64,000 nt of DNA from Vicugna vicugna (GCA_013265495.1 MU058781.1:8103009-8167008); one strand, 5' to 3'; positions 37,101-51,235 are shown, counted from the first letter of the stretch. Made by a program: numbers and translations. The notes: generated by a model from the letters alone, not told the origin.

Positions 37101-39484
37101 CTTCCACATTTTTGCCGATGCTAGACACATCTAAAGTGACCTCCCTTCCAGGCTACATCATCTATTAGGAAGAAAAATAATTACAAATTTAATTATGTAA
37201 GGAATGAGATTAAAACGCACTTTTAATCTGAGCTTTTGCATTGCCTTGGTGTGTTTGTTTAGAGATTTGAAGAACAGGGAAAGACTTCAAGAAGTGTCTT
37301 CCCTACAATCAGCCAGTGCTGTTTTTGGCTTTTCAAATAAGAGCAAAACAACCAGCTTTCTATAGGAACTGTTGCTTTCCTTCCACGTGCCTCATCTGGC
37401 CATACCACCTCTGCTTGTAAAACACCCTGGTCACCAGCGGTACCAGAAAGGCACGCAGAAGCTTTCCCACAGACCTCCACTGTGATACTCTGCCAGCAGA
37501 CTAAAAGAGTGAGCGAAAGATTGTCTCTGGGTCTGTGTTAAATGACTGAGTTCCTGTTTCTTCTTTAGTGTCCCTCACACATCTGTGCATCAGAAACAGC
37601 TCATGGACAAAGGGTCACCCGGGAAGTCTAAGATAGCTTAGTTTTTGTTTTCTTGTTATTTTGGTCCTTCCTAACATTTTATACCTAATTGACTACTAGA
37701 AGCCATTTTCAGCACCTTCCTCCCTCTTAGGGCAAAGCTCACAGATGAGTAAAATCACTCTAAGTCAGTCATAGTATGCTTCAGATTTGTTTCCAGGTAT
37801 GATGTCTGCTTGAGCCAAAAGCCAGAATCTCATTAATGCCCCCAAAGAAGGCTTCTACCCGCTCTTCCCTTTTATCAACTTTCTCAAAAATTAGAGGAAC
37901 ATAGATTATTCCTCCTTACTCACATATTTTCCCTGACACTGAGGACAAAGAGATTATAGCTGAACTTCTGCACCCTTATAATATTTAAGATATTTGTGGG
38001 TAAGTTCTTGTAATCAAGGATATAATGCAATCAGAAAAGTCTGTTTTAATCTCTGTGCATATTTAAAAAAATATTTTCCTCTTTCATCTTTGCTTCACAC
38101 ACTACTACAAATTATGCTGCTTCTGTTCCTCTAGTGCATTCAGCTAGCGTGTTGCTATGTCCCGGCTCTCCATGTGGGTTCCGGCATCAAAGCCTTGGGC
38201 CAATTTTATTTCATTTGTATTTGCTGTCAGAACAATGTCTTTATTCTAAAATGCCCTTCTCAAATCACCTCTCAGGTGGTTTGATAGAAGCAGCTTGCAG
38301 CAGAAAAATAATATCTTTTTAAAAATCCATGTTACTTCTTTTATGTTTTACCCTGTGAATACTGAATGCACAGCACACTTAGTTAAACAGCATCCCAAGT
38401 TCCATTTTTAAAATGAAAAGTACCTTTCATTTTAAATCTCTTGGAGACAACTAATCTGCTTTCCTTCTATGTAAGGTGTTTGGGAGCGGGGAGGGAGGGT
38501 GGTATTCAAATTGCTGCTCAGTGATAAACATTTTACAATATCATTTGTTTTAGGCTGCCAGATGACACCTAGATTGATTTAAAAAATTCTCACACACACA
38601 CAAAAAAAGATCAAAGTGCATTCAGGGAGCTGACAAGGCTGTAGAAATTCCATCACGTCAAATTAGCAGGAAAAGGAAAATGAGGGCGAGGGTGGACTCG
38701 TGGACTCACAGCCCTATCATCTTGCCTAACCACACTGTGTAATTGTGGGGCATTTGCAGGAAAACGCCTTTCCTTTAGTGTGTGCATTGTAGGGAGCGAA
38801 AGGGAGGGAGAAGGAGAGATTTAAGGAGAAATTGCTGCGAGCTGGCAGGTAGTGGGCAGGGGATCAATCCAGTTTGTCACATTAAGGATTGTAAAGAATC
38901 CATCTCCGAATGACACTGATGATTCAGGGTATTAAGTTCAGTTCAGAATAAGGCAAACGGCAGGAGTAAGCTGAGAAGTAAACAGCAAATTCAGACCTAG
39001 AGCATGCTGAGAGAAAGGGAGGCCAGGCGCAGCATCATGGCCAGTTCTGAAAGGCTGCGTTTGCAAAGGAGCTACAGCTCTCCCTTTCCTCGCCGCTTCC
39101 TTTTCTTCTGACCGTCATGTCAGCCATCCGCAATTACATTTGGACTGTCAACGGCTGGCCTTTGCAGACGTCAGTCAGCCGGATGCTGAGGAGAGTAAGC
39201 TGCTGTGTATACTTGCGTCTGTGCTGGGCTGAGGGGTGACAACGCCCATGGGGCACACTGTCCTGGAGAAGTCATGGGTGTGAGCCCAGCCAGTGCAGAC
39301 CGCCTCGCAGCTGCCTTCACTTCCTGCTTCTTCAGAAACAATTGCTCATTAACCCCGTCAGCCCCGCAGAGGGGTGTATCCTCAGATCTTCACCAGTGCC
39401 TTTGACCCTGTGTGTCTACCTGGTGTGTCTACGTGACAATTCCTTTTTGTCCTTCAGTGCGCTTATCCTAATGAGCAGGCACAC

Positions 39485-39660
39485 ATTTGTTTGTGTGTTT
39501 ATTTGCTTAGTTTCTGTTTTACCTCCTAGGTAGCAAGCCCCACGAGGCATGTCTCATTACCGCTATATTCCCACTGGCATGCAGAGTGCGGGGTACACGC
39601 TAGGCCCTCAGTAACCGTATGTGGAATAACGAATAAATGGGTGGATGGATGAGTGCGTGA
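39485..39660 (+). mobile_element. L2 3' tail
   Basis: gtttatttgcttagtttctgt...aagccccacgaggca...ccgctatattccc...taggccctcagtaa...gaataaatgggtggatgg. Confidence 0.7.
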
Positions 39661-40009
39661 ATTTAAAAAATATTATGTTTCTAGGAAATAGAATATAGAG
39701 TTTCTATCTTATAGATCTGGTCAGGTCAGAAAAGAAAGACATTTTGTCATGTTGCTTCAATTATGAGGTTTTCTCCTATTTTCAACATCTCTCAAAAGGG
39801 ATGGATCTTTATGGACCCTTAAAATTATAATCAGCCGAGTTGGGTTTTTTTTTTTTTCCTTTCTTAACAGTGCGTGATATAATGGTGCATTTTATAATCA
39901 CTGGTGTCTTAGAAGAGTTGTAATCACAAACCACAGCCAATATAAAGGCAAATGAGAACATGCGTGTGAATGCTGTCACTCATGAGTTTCCTGGAGTCCC
40001 TACAGACTG

Positions 40010-40170
40010 AGGCTTATCAAACTTCACATCAGAATCACTCTGTTAAAAATACATATTTCTGGGATCAACCCCAAAGACTGATTCAGTTAGTCCGAGGCAA
40101 GGCCCAGAATCTGCCTTTAAAAGCCTCCTAGTGGTTAGGATCCAGGCAATTCTCTGCCCCTATTTGATAA
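40010..40170 (+). mobile_element. MER5A-like fragment
   Basis: tcaaacttcacatcagaatcactctgttaaaaataca...ctgattcagttagtc...ggcccagaatctgc. Confidence 0.75.
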
Positions 40171-40738
40171 AAAGTTTTTAAATGCTTCTCCATTCCTAGC
40201 AAAGCAACTGGAAAGTCTTCAATAATTCTTTACAAATCACTGAAGGTCTAGTCTTCAAAAAAGAACTAGCCAGTGAGACATAGGTCCCCCTGCCTGAGGT
40301 CATTCCCTCCTGGTTCTACGGGAAGACACCTTCATTCAGTAACTGCTGGGCACATCAACTGACTATGACACAACTGGAAAATGCAACTGTGCTCCAGGTT
40401 GTAAAGTAACCTGTGGCCAATTCACATTAGAAAGTGTAGCAGTTGAACCACAGTAACATACCTGGGAGGTCACGTTTGGGTTTGCAGAGGACAATTCAGC
40501 AGTTCTCAGGTGAACAAGGACTGAGAAGGAAGGTATTCTGAGCAGGAGGAATAGTGTATGCAAGGTAGTTGGATGTGGATGTCAGCTCAAAGCTTTTTTG
40601 GAAGCAGAGGGGCAATCAATAATTATAAATGAAAATATTAATACTCTTTTTGTAAAAACCTTTTGATTTATTAAAGCAGGTATACATCTAATACCTAATG
40701 CTTTTGCTGTAACTACTTATAACAGTGAGAATAATCCT

Positions 40739-41291
40739 TGTGGTAGGAGCCTCTAAGATGACCTCCCAGTGAGCCTCAGCTCCTGGTATTCACGCCTTTG
40801 GGTAATCTGTGCTTGTTGAGTGTGGTCTGGACCTATACCGACTTGCTTCTAACGAATAGAGAACAGCGAAATTGGTGGGATGTTACTTCCAAGGTCAGGT
40901 TACAAAAAGGCTTGCTTCCATCTTGCTCTTACACACTCCCTTTCTGGCCCGCGTGCTTGAGGAAGCCAGCTGCCATACTGTCCTATAGGGAGGTCCACAT
41001 GCAAGGAACAGAGAGAGGCCCCCAGGCAGCGGCCTCCAAGGAGCTGAATCCTGACAACAGTCACATGACCGAGCTTAGAAAAAGGCCTCACCCAACACCT
41101 CCCGCGTCAAGCCTTCAGATGAGACCAGAGCCCTGGTCAACAGATTGACTACATGTTACCCAAGAAACTGAGCCAGAGGCATCAGCTAAGTTGGGCCCAG
41201 ATTCCAGATCCACAGAATCTATGAGATAATGTTTATTGTTGAAGCTGCTCAGTTTGGGGTAATTTGTTACACAGCAGTAGTAAATAAGACA
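40739..41291 (+). mobile_element. MaLR solo LTR, MLT1F-like, complete
   Basis: tgtggtaggagcctctaagatg...gacttgcttctaacgaataga...aagccttcagatgagacc...taatttgttacacagcagtag...aagaca. Confidence 0.9.
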
Positions 41292-41339
41292 GTACTGTTT
41301 GTTTTCTTTTTTTGCATTTTACATTTTCTTACTAGGTAC

Positions 41340-41660
41340 ACACAATATCCTTGAGAGGTGAACAGCGCACCTACTAGTAACCCCATTTTACAGCTGAGGA
41401 ACTGAGCTCAAGGACTCTGACACCTGAAAAGGTCATTTAGCTCAGGTAGTACTAGTGAGACTCAAACCTGGGCTCCAAGCTTATTCCTTTCAACCACATT
41501 TTCAAGAGTACTAAATTAAGAACTTGTGAACTGAACCCTGATCCTAGCTCCTGACCCTACCAGTAGTATCCGTGCCACTGAGTTGCTCAGTTAACCCATC
41601 TGGATATTAGATTCTTCATAAATAGAGTGAGATGATTGAGTTGGGAGTCACTGAAGTCTC
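41340..41660. mobile_element. MIR fragments (first on minus, second on plus)
   Basis: ccccattttacagctgaggaactgagctca; cctagctc...cagttaacccatctgg. Confidence 0.6.
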
Positions 41661-43284
41661 TCTTAGCTCAAGATTTCTCTATTTTATAAAAGACAAAACT
41701 ATGCAACTGAAGTTATTGAAGTTATTTTGATGGTTAGGGGCATAAATTGAAAAAAAGAAAAGAAAAGAAAAACTGTCTCTCAGCTCCAGGCTCTGTCCAC
41801 TGCTCCTGTGCTAATCATGATGTCTGCTCTTGTTTCCAGCACTGCCAGCTCCGTGAGGTGTGTGGGCCGTCATTATTCTGCCTTTGAGATTCCTCTCCAG
41901 GGGTAGTCCTCTGCCATGACCTTCACAGATCCAGTGATGCCCAGCTGTGGGGGCTCTAAATACCAGGTGACATTTAGAAGGCTGGTTTTTGTCAGCAGGG
42001 TCTACTCACGGAAGTATTGAGTTGCCCATGCTCAGAAAATCATAATCTTATTTTCGTAACTTACCTCTTTTAGTTAATATCTGATGATTTGGGGAGCCAG
42101 AGGCATCACCAAGAGAAAAATCAATATAAAATATATTGCTTGAGTACTCTCTGAAAGAACTTCCCATTACATGATGAGTTAACAGTAAGTTATTGGAAAT
42201 GTGACTACCTTTATTGTAAATGATTTTTTTTTAATCTACACACAAGAGGAGTGGGAGAGTAAATGTACTGTGCCATTATGAACCTGTCAATCACACATGG
42301 ATGAGACATCAGCTCCATCTAGAACAAAATTTCCTGCCACTCAGAAATCATGTTTAACATTAATCTGCTATTCTGATCTGTACTCACTAGATTTTTGATG
42401 GACAGATGAACTTATGAAATTTTTAATACAGTCATTTTCTAAAAAGCTAAAACCTGGAGCTAAATTTACTCTTTGGTAAGAATTAACTATCATTATCTAA
42501 CGTCCATTCCCATAGTTTGTTCTACTCTTACCACTGTACTGTGATTAATAGCTAGTAAGACTCTGCAGAGACCCTCAGAGTGTAGACAATCTGCTTAAGA
42601 TTGTGGCCAAATAATTGCTGGTGGCAAAATTAGGAATAAGAAGTACACTAGAGCACCATCACAAGTAAGTACTAAATTTATCTGCTCACAGATGCAGACA
42701 ACAGTGCATTTTAAATACTTGTTTTCCCTCAGGCAGGATAAAGACAGATAAGTAAATAAAAAATCAGCAACAGTGTGTCCAGGGCACAACATTAAAAAAC
42801 CATATTTTTCATGGGATGAGATCCTAAATTAAAATAAACAGCAAAGATTTAAAACACAAATGGGAGACTAAAATGAGCTGATGCTCAACAGAAAAAAAGG
42901 AAGTAAAAGAAAAGACCTTATAGAAAATTACAGGGACTATAATTGACCTGAACTAGAAACAGTGTCATCGTCTTAAATAATAATAACCACAGAAGTGTCC
43001 TTACCATTTACGCAGGTGGACACTTTCTTTTGTGTCAGACTCCCCTCCCCAACCCCCACCCCTGTTGAACTGCAGGGACTAGTACAATTTGATGATTGCA
43101 CAGACTGACACTACCTTCAATACTTAGAACTCAAAAGTAATCTCTTTGACAAAGGTTATATACTATTTGTTCTCCCAAATCACTAGAGGTCACCCACAAG
43201 TCAAGAACACCTTTTTAAACAAGGCACCTACTTAACACTTCATAGCATTTGCATATTTCAGGATTTTTTAACAACTTATCTCAG

Positions 43285-43385
43285 AATGGGACATACTTAG
43301 AACTAAAAAAGTCTTTGTTGCTTATCTGAAATTCAAATTTAACTCAACATCCTGTATTTTTATTTGCTAAGTCTGACAACCCTAT
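43285..43385. mobile_element. MER53-like hAT MITE, one arm
   Basis: tgggacatactt...ttatctgaaattcaaatttaact...tcctgtatttttatttgctaagtctgacaacccta. Confidence 0.75.
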
Positions 43386-44249
43386 TCCTAAGCCTTGAGA
43401 GGCAGCAGAGCAGTTAGCCAGCTAGCTGATGAACAGCTGAGATCAGAACTCAAACCTCGAGACACTTAACCCTGAGCACCTTCCAAAGAGGAGTTAACCC
43501 AGGAGGAAAGTTATGGCTAACCCAATCTGTGGTGCAAATCATTAACTACAAAAATGAACAGGTCAGGAAGAGAAGAGGAAATATGTCTTCCCAACTGGCC
43601 AGGAAAAAAAGATTTTTAAGGCAGCTGCAACTGTTTGAAAATTATTTTAAAACAAATGTCTCTCTGAATTTCTGAAATTGTCTCTCCAAAAGTCAATCTC
43701 CCAAACCCACATTAGATTCTATTCAAAAAAAAAAAAAAACTTTGGCTTACACCTAGATCTGAATTCCTGGGAGAGGTCAGGTCAAATAGAAGTCATCAGA
43801 ATCCAAAGGTGAGATATATAAATGTGCTAACATGTGATGAATATTCAGCACCGTGGACAGTGGTTGCAGATGTGGTAGAGGACGCATTCTCTTCATTCTC
43901 ACTATTCTTGAGTACCGTGGCTCTGGAGATTAGCTTTCCTTCTGTGCAATCAGCTGCATGTTCTCTAGTTTCCAATCAGTATAATGGGTTAGCTCACCTC
44001 TGTGGCAGCTAAGATTTTCAAACCAATGTTATACCAACATCTAAGACACCTTCTATCACAACTATAGGCCCATTGCTTGGCCTTTCTTTTCCTCTTTCCA
44101 GGCTCTTTCCTCCCTTTTCAAATTCTCTTTCACTTACTTATTTTTTTCTCATCCTTTAAAAAAAATTCTTTATTCTACGTCTTGTCATGTACCTTGTGCA
44201 GTCCTACTGGGGACCCTCATAACTAAAACTATATTGCACTTCAGTAATC

Positions 44250-44470
44250 AAGAGGCAAGAAAAGGCAAGACCATAGAAACAGACAGTGGATTAGTGGTTG
44301 CCAGGGGCTGAGGATGAAAGGTAGGGTTGGCTACAAAAGAAGGAAAGTGATGAAACTGTTCTATATCTTGATTGTGGTGTGGTTGCACAACGGTATGCAT
44401 TCATCAAAAATCATAGGACAGTATATTACAGTTATACTGCATGTAAATTACACACCAATAAACCTGATGG
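44250..44470 (+). mobile_element. Old L1M 3' UTR end
   Basis: gattagtggttgccaggggctg...gtgatgaaactgttctatatcttgattgtggt...tgtaaattacacaccaataaa. Confidence 0.8.
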
Positions 44471-44849
44471 GAAAGAAAAGGACATCATAGAAAAGAGTGA
44501 TACATGTTTGACAACTTCAATGCAGATCATGGTCAGTCCTGCCCACATGATACATTGCTTTAAGACATCAGCTGAATTGAATTAATTGTGTTTGCTCTGG
44601 AAACATCATTTGAAGAGGGACACTCACAAACTAAAAACAATTCAGGCATTGGTGACATGACTAAAGGGCTAGACCTTTCAGTGTGCCTCCAGACGGCAGA
44701 ACTTGTGCCGGTGAGTGGAACTGAGAAGAACATGGAATTGAATTATCCAAAAATAGAATGGGTTGCCTTTTTATGCCTGGGGGAAGATATTCAAATAGTA
44801 GCTGTGTACCTTTTCATCAGAGAGTATACTAAAGACAGTTTAATGTTGA

Positions 44850-46330
44850 TACAATTTAATATCTCTTGTGCACCCCTAAGTGATCAAGGGCATAAAAATA
44901 AGAGTAACACAAGTTCCCTGCCCTTGTCCATGAGAGGCTCCAATCTGTTTGGAGAGAAAGACCATGTATACATGAAACAGTTAAATAATAACAATGATAG
45001 TATATGATGAAGTGCCATCGTTAGTGGTTTAGACAGTTCAGGAAAAAATGCAGGCCCTCCAAACTTAAAAAAGGACTTGGGCCTTAAGCTTCATAGTGAA
45101 GGGTGTCTTTTTCTTTTTATAGCTGTAATAATAATGTAGAACATAATAATAATAAAATTTGCACAGCTTCCAGGACAATCTATATATGTTATTGCAGATA
45201 TTATCCCATTTCATAAATGAAAAAAAAAACAAAGCTCAGAGATATTGTCATCTGACCAAAGTCACACAGCTAATATGGAAATATAGTGGGAACTGAGACC
45301 CATTCTCAGCTCTTGAGACTTCATATGCTCTTTCCATTGTACCATGGAGTAGAGGATAATTTAACCAAAGCCATGGAGAAAAAAAGCATATGATATTTAA
45401 GGAATGAGTCAGTTTATCTTGACCAGATTAAATTTAGTAATCAATAGTCCACAAGATTAGTTAAAGCTAGAGGGGAGGGCAGATGGTAATTATGGCAACC
45501 CTTGAAATCCATTTTAAGAGTTTCCATATTATTTTGTCAGTGGGTTATTACTGAAAATTCACTATTTACCTGGGTACAAGCTAGATTTAAGGAGAAAAAA
45601 GGTAATCTCTTTCCTTCATCCATTCATTTATTCAACAATAATTTACTGGGCACTGAATAAGGGCCAAGTTTTGTGCCAGGTCCTGGGATGACAAAGATGA
45701 CTAAGATCTTGGTTTCAGGGACATCTTTGTCTAGTGGGTGAGAGAGAACATTAAAGATTATAGTGCCATGTGATAGATGTAGTACTAAAAGTAGAAATCA
45801 GTTGAAAGCAAACCCACATTTGACTGCCAAAAGTTTTATTTGTACTGTTTTCTCCATTTAAGTAGATTTAGCATTAAATCAGTGACCAATGAGTATCTCT
45901 AATTCATATGAAAGAACTCCAAATCACACTTTGGTATAAATCCTAGGACAACAGATACAATTTCTGCTTGAAGAGGAATGAAATTTCCCCAAAAGTGTAA
46001 GAGAAGGAGCAGGAAGGACTACATATAATGTGGGATACTTAAGCTGAGTCTTAAAAGATGAGCAGGAATACATCCAGCAGACTAAGGGGCATTGCAAAGG
46101 CCTGGGGCCCTGAAATAGCCCAACCTATTAAGAGATTTGCAAGAAAGTTGGTTTTGCTGGTGCTTAAAAGGCAAGACTAGTAATAGCTGAGGGCCTGGAC
46201 TATGGTGATTGCAATGAAAATAGATAATAAATGATAAGTGTGCTTCTTAGAGAATTTAAATGAAATTATCTACATCAAATGCCTAACAACCTCCCGGGCA
46301 TATCCTAGACTCAATATATGTTAGTTCTTT
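44850..46330. mobile_element. Mosaic of degenerate L2 and MIR fragments
   Basis: MIR core near 45200-45340 (tcagagat...tgaccaaagtcacacagctaa); L2 tail near 45610 (cattcatttattcaacaata); L2 near 46030-46200. Confidence 0.55.
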
Positions 46331-46499
46331 TCCTCTGTCTTCACTTCTCACCTGTTTCTCTTCTAAAGACACACATAAGTTTGAATAAAAGCACTTACCA
46401 TTTTATTCACCAGGATCACAACTCAAAAACAGAAGATGTGATAGTGACTAGATATTACAGAGGTCTTTTAAAAATGTCTACTGCTAACTAAACCCCAGA

Positions 46500-46675
46500 A
46501 ATCTCTCCCCCAGGGTGCATCTTAGAAGCTCTGGAATTTACTCAGAAATACAGATTCCTGAACCATAACCCGCTGAATCAGAATCTCTGGCGGTGAGTCA
46601 GTCCCAGGCATCCTGCAGAATGTGAGCTCCACAGGTAAGTCTAATGTATGGCCAGATTTTGGAAATCACAACCAC
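46500..46675 (+). mobile_element. MER5-like fragment
   Basis: aaatacagattcctg...ctgaatcagaatctctgg...ccaggcatc...ctccacaggt...tttggaaatcac. Confidence 0.7.
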
Positions 46676-46767
46676 AGCACCAGGAATTCATAAAAAGTCC
46701 AGTTCTGGGACACCATACTCATATTGGCTATTAACTTATATATATACACACACACACACACTACCAT

Positions 46768-46915
46768 NNNNNNNNNNNNNNNNNNNNNNNNNNNNNNNNN
46801 NNNNNNNNNNNNNNNNNNNNNNNNNNNNNNNNNNNNNNNNNNNNNNNNNNNNNNNNNNNNNNNNNNNNNNNNNNNNNNNNNNNNNNNNNNNNNNNNNNNN
46901 NNNNNNNNNNNNNNN
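46768..46915. other. Assembly gap (148 N) within TA/CA microsatellite
   Basis: N run flanked by (TA)n and (CA)n. Confidence 0.99.
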
Positions 46916-46949
46916 ATATATTTATATATATATATATATATATCTGTAT

Positions 46950-47740
46950 TCCTTTTTTCATTTTTCAGTTTTATTAGGTAGAATTGTTACTATTTGATGG
47001 CACATATACAATATATTGCATGTAAATACATATATAAAATATACTGCACATATTTTTTTAGTTTACGCATATATTGTATATATATATACACACACACACA
47101 TACACTGTTCATTTGTTCATTGTGTTCGTATTCCAAAGTTTTAAGAGAAAACTTGTATTCCATGAAATGCAAAACGTGGTATTTTAAGTTTGAGTTTTGA
47201 TGACTTTTGACAAATATAAATGCTACAGCACCCATACTCCGTCAAGATGCGGAACAGCTCCCTTACCTCAGAAGGTTCTCTTACGCTGCTTCTTAGTCGA
47301 TCCCTGCTCTCTGCTCCTCAGAGTCAACTCTCTTCTGATTTTTATCGTTAATGATTCGTTTTGCCTGTTTTAGAGCTTTGCGTAAGTGAAATCATGAAAT
47401 ATGTACTATCTTGTGTTTGTCTTCTTTCACACAACATAATTTCTGTAAGAGAGTTGTCCCTGTTCTTTAATATATCTATAATTCATTCCTTTTTTGTTGT
47501 TGAGTAGTATTCCATAATTACAAATATACCGTAATGTGTTTATCCCTTCTCTTGTTGATGGACGTTTGTACATATCCAGTCTTGGGTTGTTATGAAAAAA
47601 GCTACTATGGACATTCTTGTAAAAGATTTTTGTGAACATACTTTACTTGTTTATTGTGAGTAGATACTTCTGAGTGGATTTGGGGAGTCATACAGTAGGT
47701 ACAGGTCTAACTTCACAAGAAACTGCCAAACTTCTTACGA
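46950..47740 (-). mobile_element. Old L1 (L1ME/MB8-like) 3' end
   Basis: tgagttttgatgacttttgacaaat...ttttgcctgttttaga...gttgagtagtattccat...aagaaactgccaaac. Confidence 0.8.
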
Positions 47741-49084
47741 TTGACTTTTGACTTGTTCTGTGGACTCCACAACTTTTTCCTTTGCCAAACATTGCAGTAC
47801 TATTCCTTCCTTCCAGGAGTGAAGCTGAACAAAATTGGGCCCTTCCCACTTGTAGTTGTGAGACTGCTATTTTGCTAATCATGGCATTTGCACTTGAGAT
47901 TCTTAAAGCCCCTTCAGTACAGCTGCAGCATCTGTGATTCATGAGTGAAGTTCGCATGGCCACAAGAAGAAAACTTAGCCAAAAAACCCTAACACCCTAA
48001 CACTGTAAAATCAACCTTTACACTGTCAATGGACAGGAAAAAAAAGAACAAAAACCTTGCCATAACAGAGGACAGTGTCCTTATGAAGTGAAACTTTTGG
48101 AACTCAAAGAACTAAATTGAAACAAGTGATATGTAGCTGCCCTAGAAAGCGTCTTTTAAAATAGGTAACAAAAGGTCTGGCCTAATTTCATTATTTTATT
48201 GGCTTCAGTTTCCACTGCCCAGCCACAGTTGGCTTTTTTTTTTCCATTTGTTCCAGAAGTGTATTCTATTGCATGATACACTAGGGTGGGGGAGAGAGGA
48301 GCAGGAAGAAGACAGCTGTGGTGATGACAATTACTTCCTTCCAAGACGTGCTAGTTGAGTAACAGTGACAAAACTCCAGCACTTTATCATAATTCCCCCT
48401 TTTCAGAAAGTGGACACGTTACCTGAGCTTCATTCCCCAAACTGCACTCCTCAGCACTTCACTTCTGTGCCAGAAGCATAAGTATGTTCTCCTACAGCAT
48501 CCTCCAATGAGCCAAAAAAGAAAAAAAAAAAGTGCAGCCCATCTGCCAGACTTGGAAGAGAAGGAGGCATATAGGAAGGATTTGTGCATGCTTGTCAAAG
48601 AGAAAATAAAAGGAGAATGTTCTGGAAATATTAAAAGATCTTATAAGCATAAGGTGCTACTAATGGTAGTATATGAGGCAGAGCTTACATCCTCCTTGAT
48701 GCAGGGGCAGGGGTTGGGGGGGCAGTGAACTGTCTAAGGTGGAACAGAATGGAAAACGAGCATTTAAAGAAAACCTGTAGTAGCGCCGTGTACCTTAATG
48801 TCTTCACATTATGAGTCTATGTTTTAAGGAAGCTTTTTTGCAGTTGAGTTTCCTGCCCTCTTCCCTACATAATGACCTACAACTTCTCCCAGCTAGAAAA
48901 ATAAATTTAGAAAACTTAAATAAAAAACAGGAATAAGTGATTTAAAGCTGCCTTCTGTTTAGCAATACAGAAAGCCCACCCTGCAGGTGACCTCACTCAA
49001 GGTATGAACTGCAGAGTAGAAAAGGGTAGATCTCAGAGTTGAAGTAGCCACGAGCAGCTTCCTTCCTGAAAACAGAGGGGAAAT

Positions 49085-49185
49085 GATAGACTGATAGAGA
49101 GAGCACGACAGAGAGAGAGAGAAGAAAGAAAGAAAGGAAGGAAGAAAAAAGAGAGGAAGGAAGGAAGGAGAGAAAGACTATAATA
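49085..49185. repeat. GA/GAAA/GGAA purine-rich simple repeat
   Basis: Direct reading. Confidence 0.9.
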
Positions 49186-50479
49186 AAATAATATGTATAA
49201 AAGAAATAGCATACTCAATATATATATAATTAATATATACATTACCATTTATATGGTGCATCTCGCATAATACATTAAGTATCAAGGTGGGGGCACAGAG
49301 CACCAGGAGAAGCAGAAATCCATCCTCACCTCTGCTATGAGCCTCAGTGCTTTGTTGCAGCAGGTGGAAAAACAACAAACTGAAGTGGACTTTCCATCCT
49401 CTCAAAGGTCAGATGTCAGGAAAGGAGAACAGCGCTCCCAGGTGGGAGGAGGGAACTGTCAGGGAGACATTATGGCAAATCCAGGAATGCAACATGCTTG
49501 ACTCCTCTTCCCTGGTGAGTCATGCAAGACTCAAGGAAGGAAAGAAATCTGACCCTCAATTAGTTCCCTCCTGGATTTTCCTTCCACCAAGTTCTACCAT
49601 GCAAGGAGCAGCTGCCCATTCAGAGTTCAGGGCAGCCTCTCCAACCATCACTGGTGTAAACTGAATGGTCAGGAAACCAACAGCCCACTCCCCTCCAGGT
49701 CGGGCCTGGTTGCTCTACTCAGGACCAGTTCTGGAGAACAATGTCACGTTCTCAGTAGCCCTGTAGCTCCTACTCCAGACCCCCATCCTCTCACTGCAGA
49801 GGCCCAACCGACTCTTTTGTCTGTAGCCACATCACGTATTTTTAGCAGCCCTGTGAGGTGTGATTGAGGGGCTTTGAACCTGGCTGGTGGGGAAAAGCAG
49901 GAGAGGTGGGTAGAGCCGTGCCTCCTTCTGGGCTGTCTCCATCTGTCCCTGCCTCTGCCATGCCCCACCCTACGCCCACCAACAAGTAAAAAACAACAGG
50001 ATGTTTTTCAGTGCCCATTGCTTCTTGTTTTATAAACAAATTTCAATGATGACAACAATAACAAAGCCCATGTCAGAACCACAGGGCCCTCCAGGGTTCC
50101 ATAGCTTCATTCCTGTGCCCAGATGACTCCCCTACTTTTTTTTTCCTTTGGTCTGGTCCAGCCTCATCTGCCCTCCTCCTGCTCAGCCTGGGCAGCAATG
50201 CAGGGGCAGCAGGCTGAGGGGCGGGATGATGAATTCAGAAACATGGGATCAGCGGAGAGATTAAGCTGTCAGCCTCTGAAGCACTTTCCTGCTGAAGAGG
50301 AGATAAGCAGGAAGAGGTGAATGAGAACACTAGTTGTGGCAGATGGTGCATGAGATTTGGAGAGGAGAGGGGGAAAGAGAAGGCTGTGGACTGTGGAAGA
50401 CAGAAAGGGTTAGGGGAAGAGCTGGTGGGGAGAGAAAATAGTGTCAGCCAGCAGTGTCTGGATGGAGCCTCTGACCTGG

Positions 50480-51235
50480 AGACCACAATATGATACTACC
50501 TCCTACCCATTAGGATGGCTATTATAAAATTTTTTTAAAAGAAAAGAAAAGAAAAAAAGTAAAGATAAAGAAGTGGTAGGGAGGTGGACAAATTGGAGCC
50601 CTTATGTACTATTGGTGAGAATGTAGTGATGCAGCCACTACAAAAAATGGTATGGCTGTTTTTCAAAACTTGAGAATGAAATTACCATGTGATCCAGCAA
50701 TTCCGCTTCTGAGTATACACCCAAAAGAATGGAAAAATAGAGATCCAAGGAAATATTTGTACACCCATGTTCATAGCAGCATAATTCACAATAGCCAAAA
50801 AGTGGAAGCAAACCAAGTGTCCACTGACAGGTGAACTGGTAAACAAAATGTGGCGGATATATACCATGGGAATATTATTTAGCCTTAAAAAGGGAGGAAA
50901 CACTGTCATATGCGACAATAAGGATAAACTGTGAGGACATTATGTTAAGTGAAGTAAGCCAATCACAAAGACACTGTATTGTTCCACTTACATGAGACAC
51001 CTAGAGGAGTCGAATTCATGGAGACAGGAAGTAGAGAGATGGATTCCAGGGGCCAGGGAGCAGAGGGAAAGGAGAGTTACTGTTTTGTGGGTTTGGAGTC
51101 TTGGTTTCGCAAGATAAAATGAGTTCTGCATGATAGTAATGGCTGCCCAAAAATGAGAATGTACTTAATACACTTAAAAATGGTTAAAATGGTAAATTTT
51201 ATGTCATGTGTGTTTCACCATATAATTTTTTTTAA
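50480..51235 (+). mobile_element. L1MB-like 3' end
   Basis: KLPCDPAIPLLSIHPKEWK is the ORF2 C-terminus; acacttaaaaatggttaaaatggtaaattttatg. Confidence 0.92.

Noticed and set aside
44588..45007. 139-aa ORF
   Set aside because: Non-ATG start, no recognisable domain, and the 3' part overlaps an L2 fragment.
46644..46997. ORFs spanning X runs
   Set aside because: Artefacts of the 148-N gap and TA/CA repeats.
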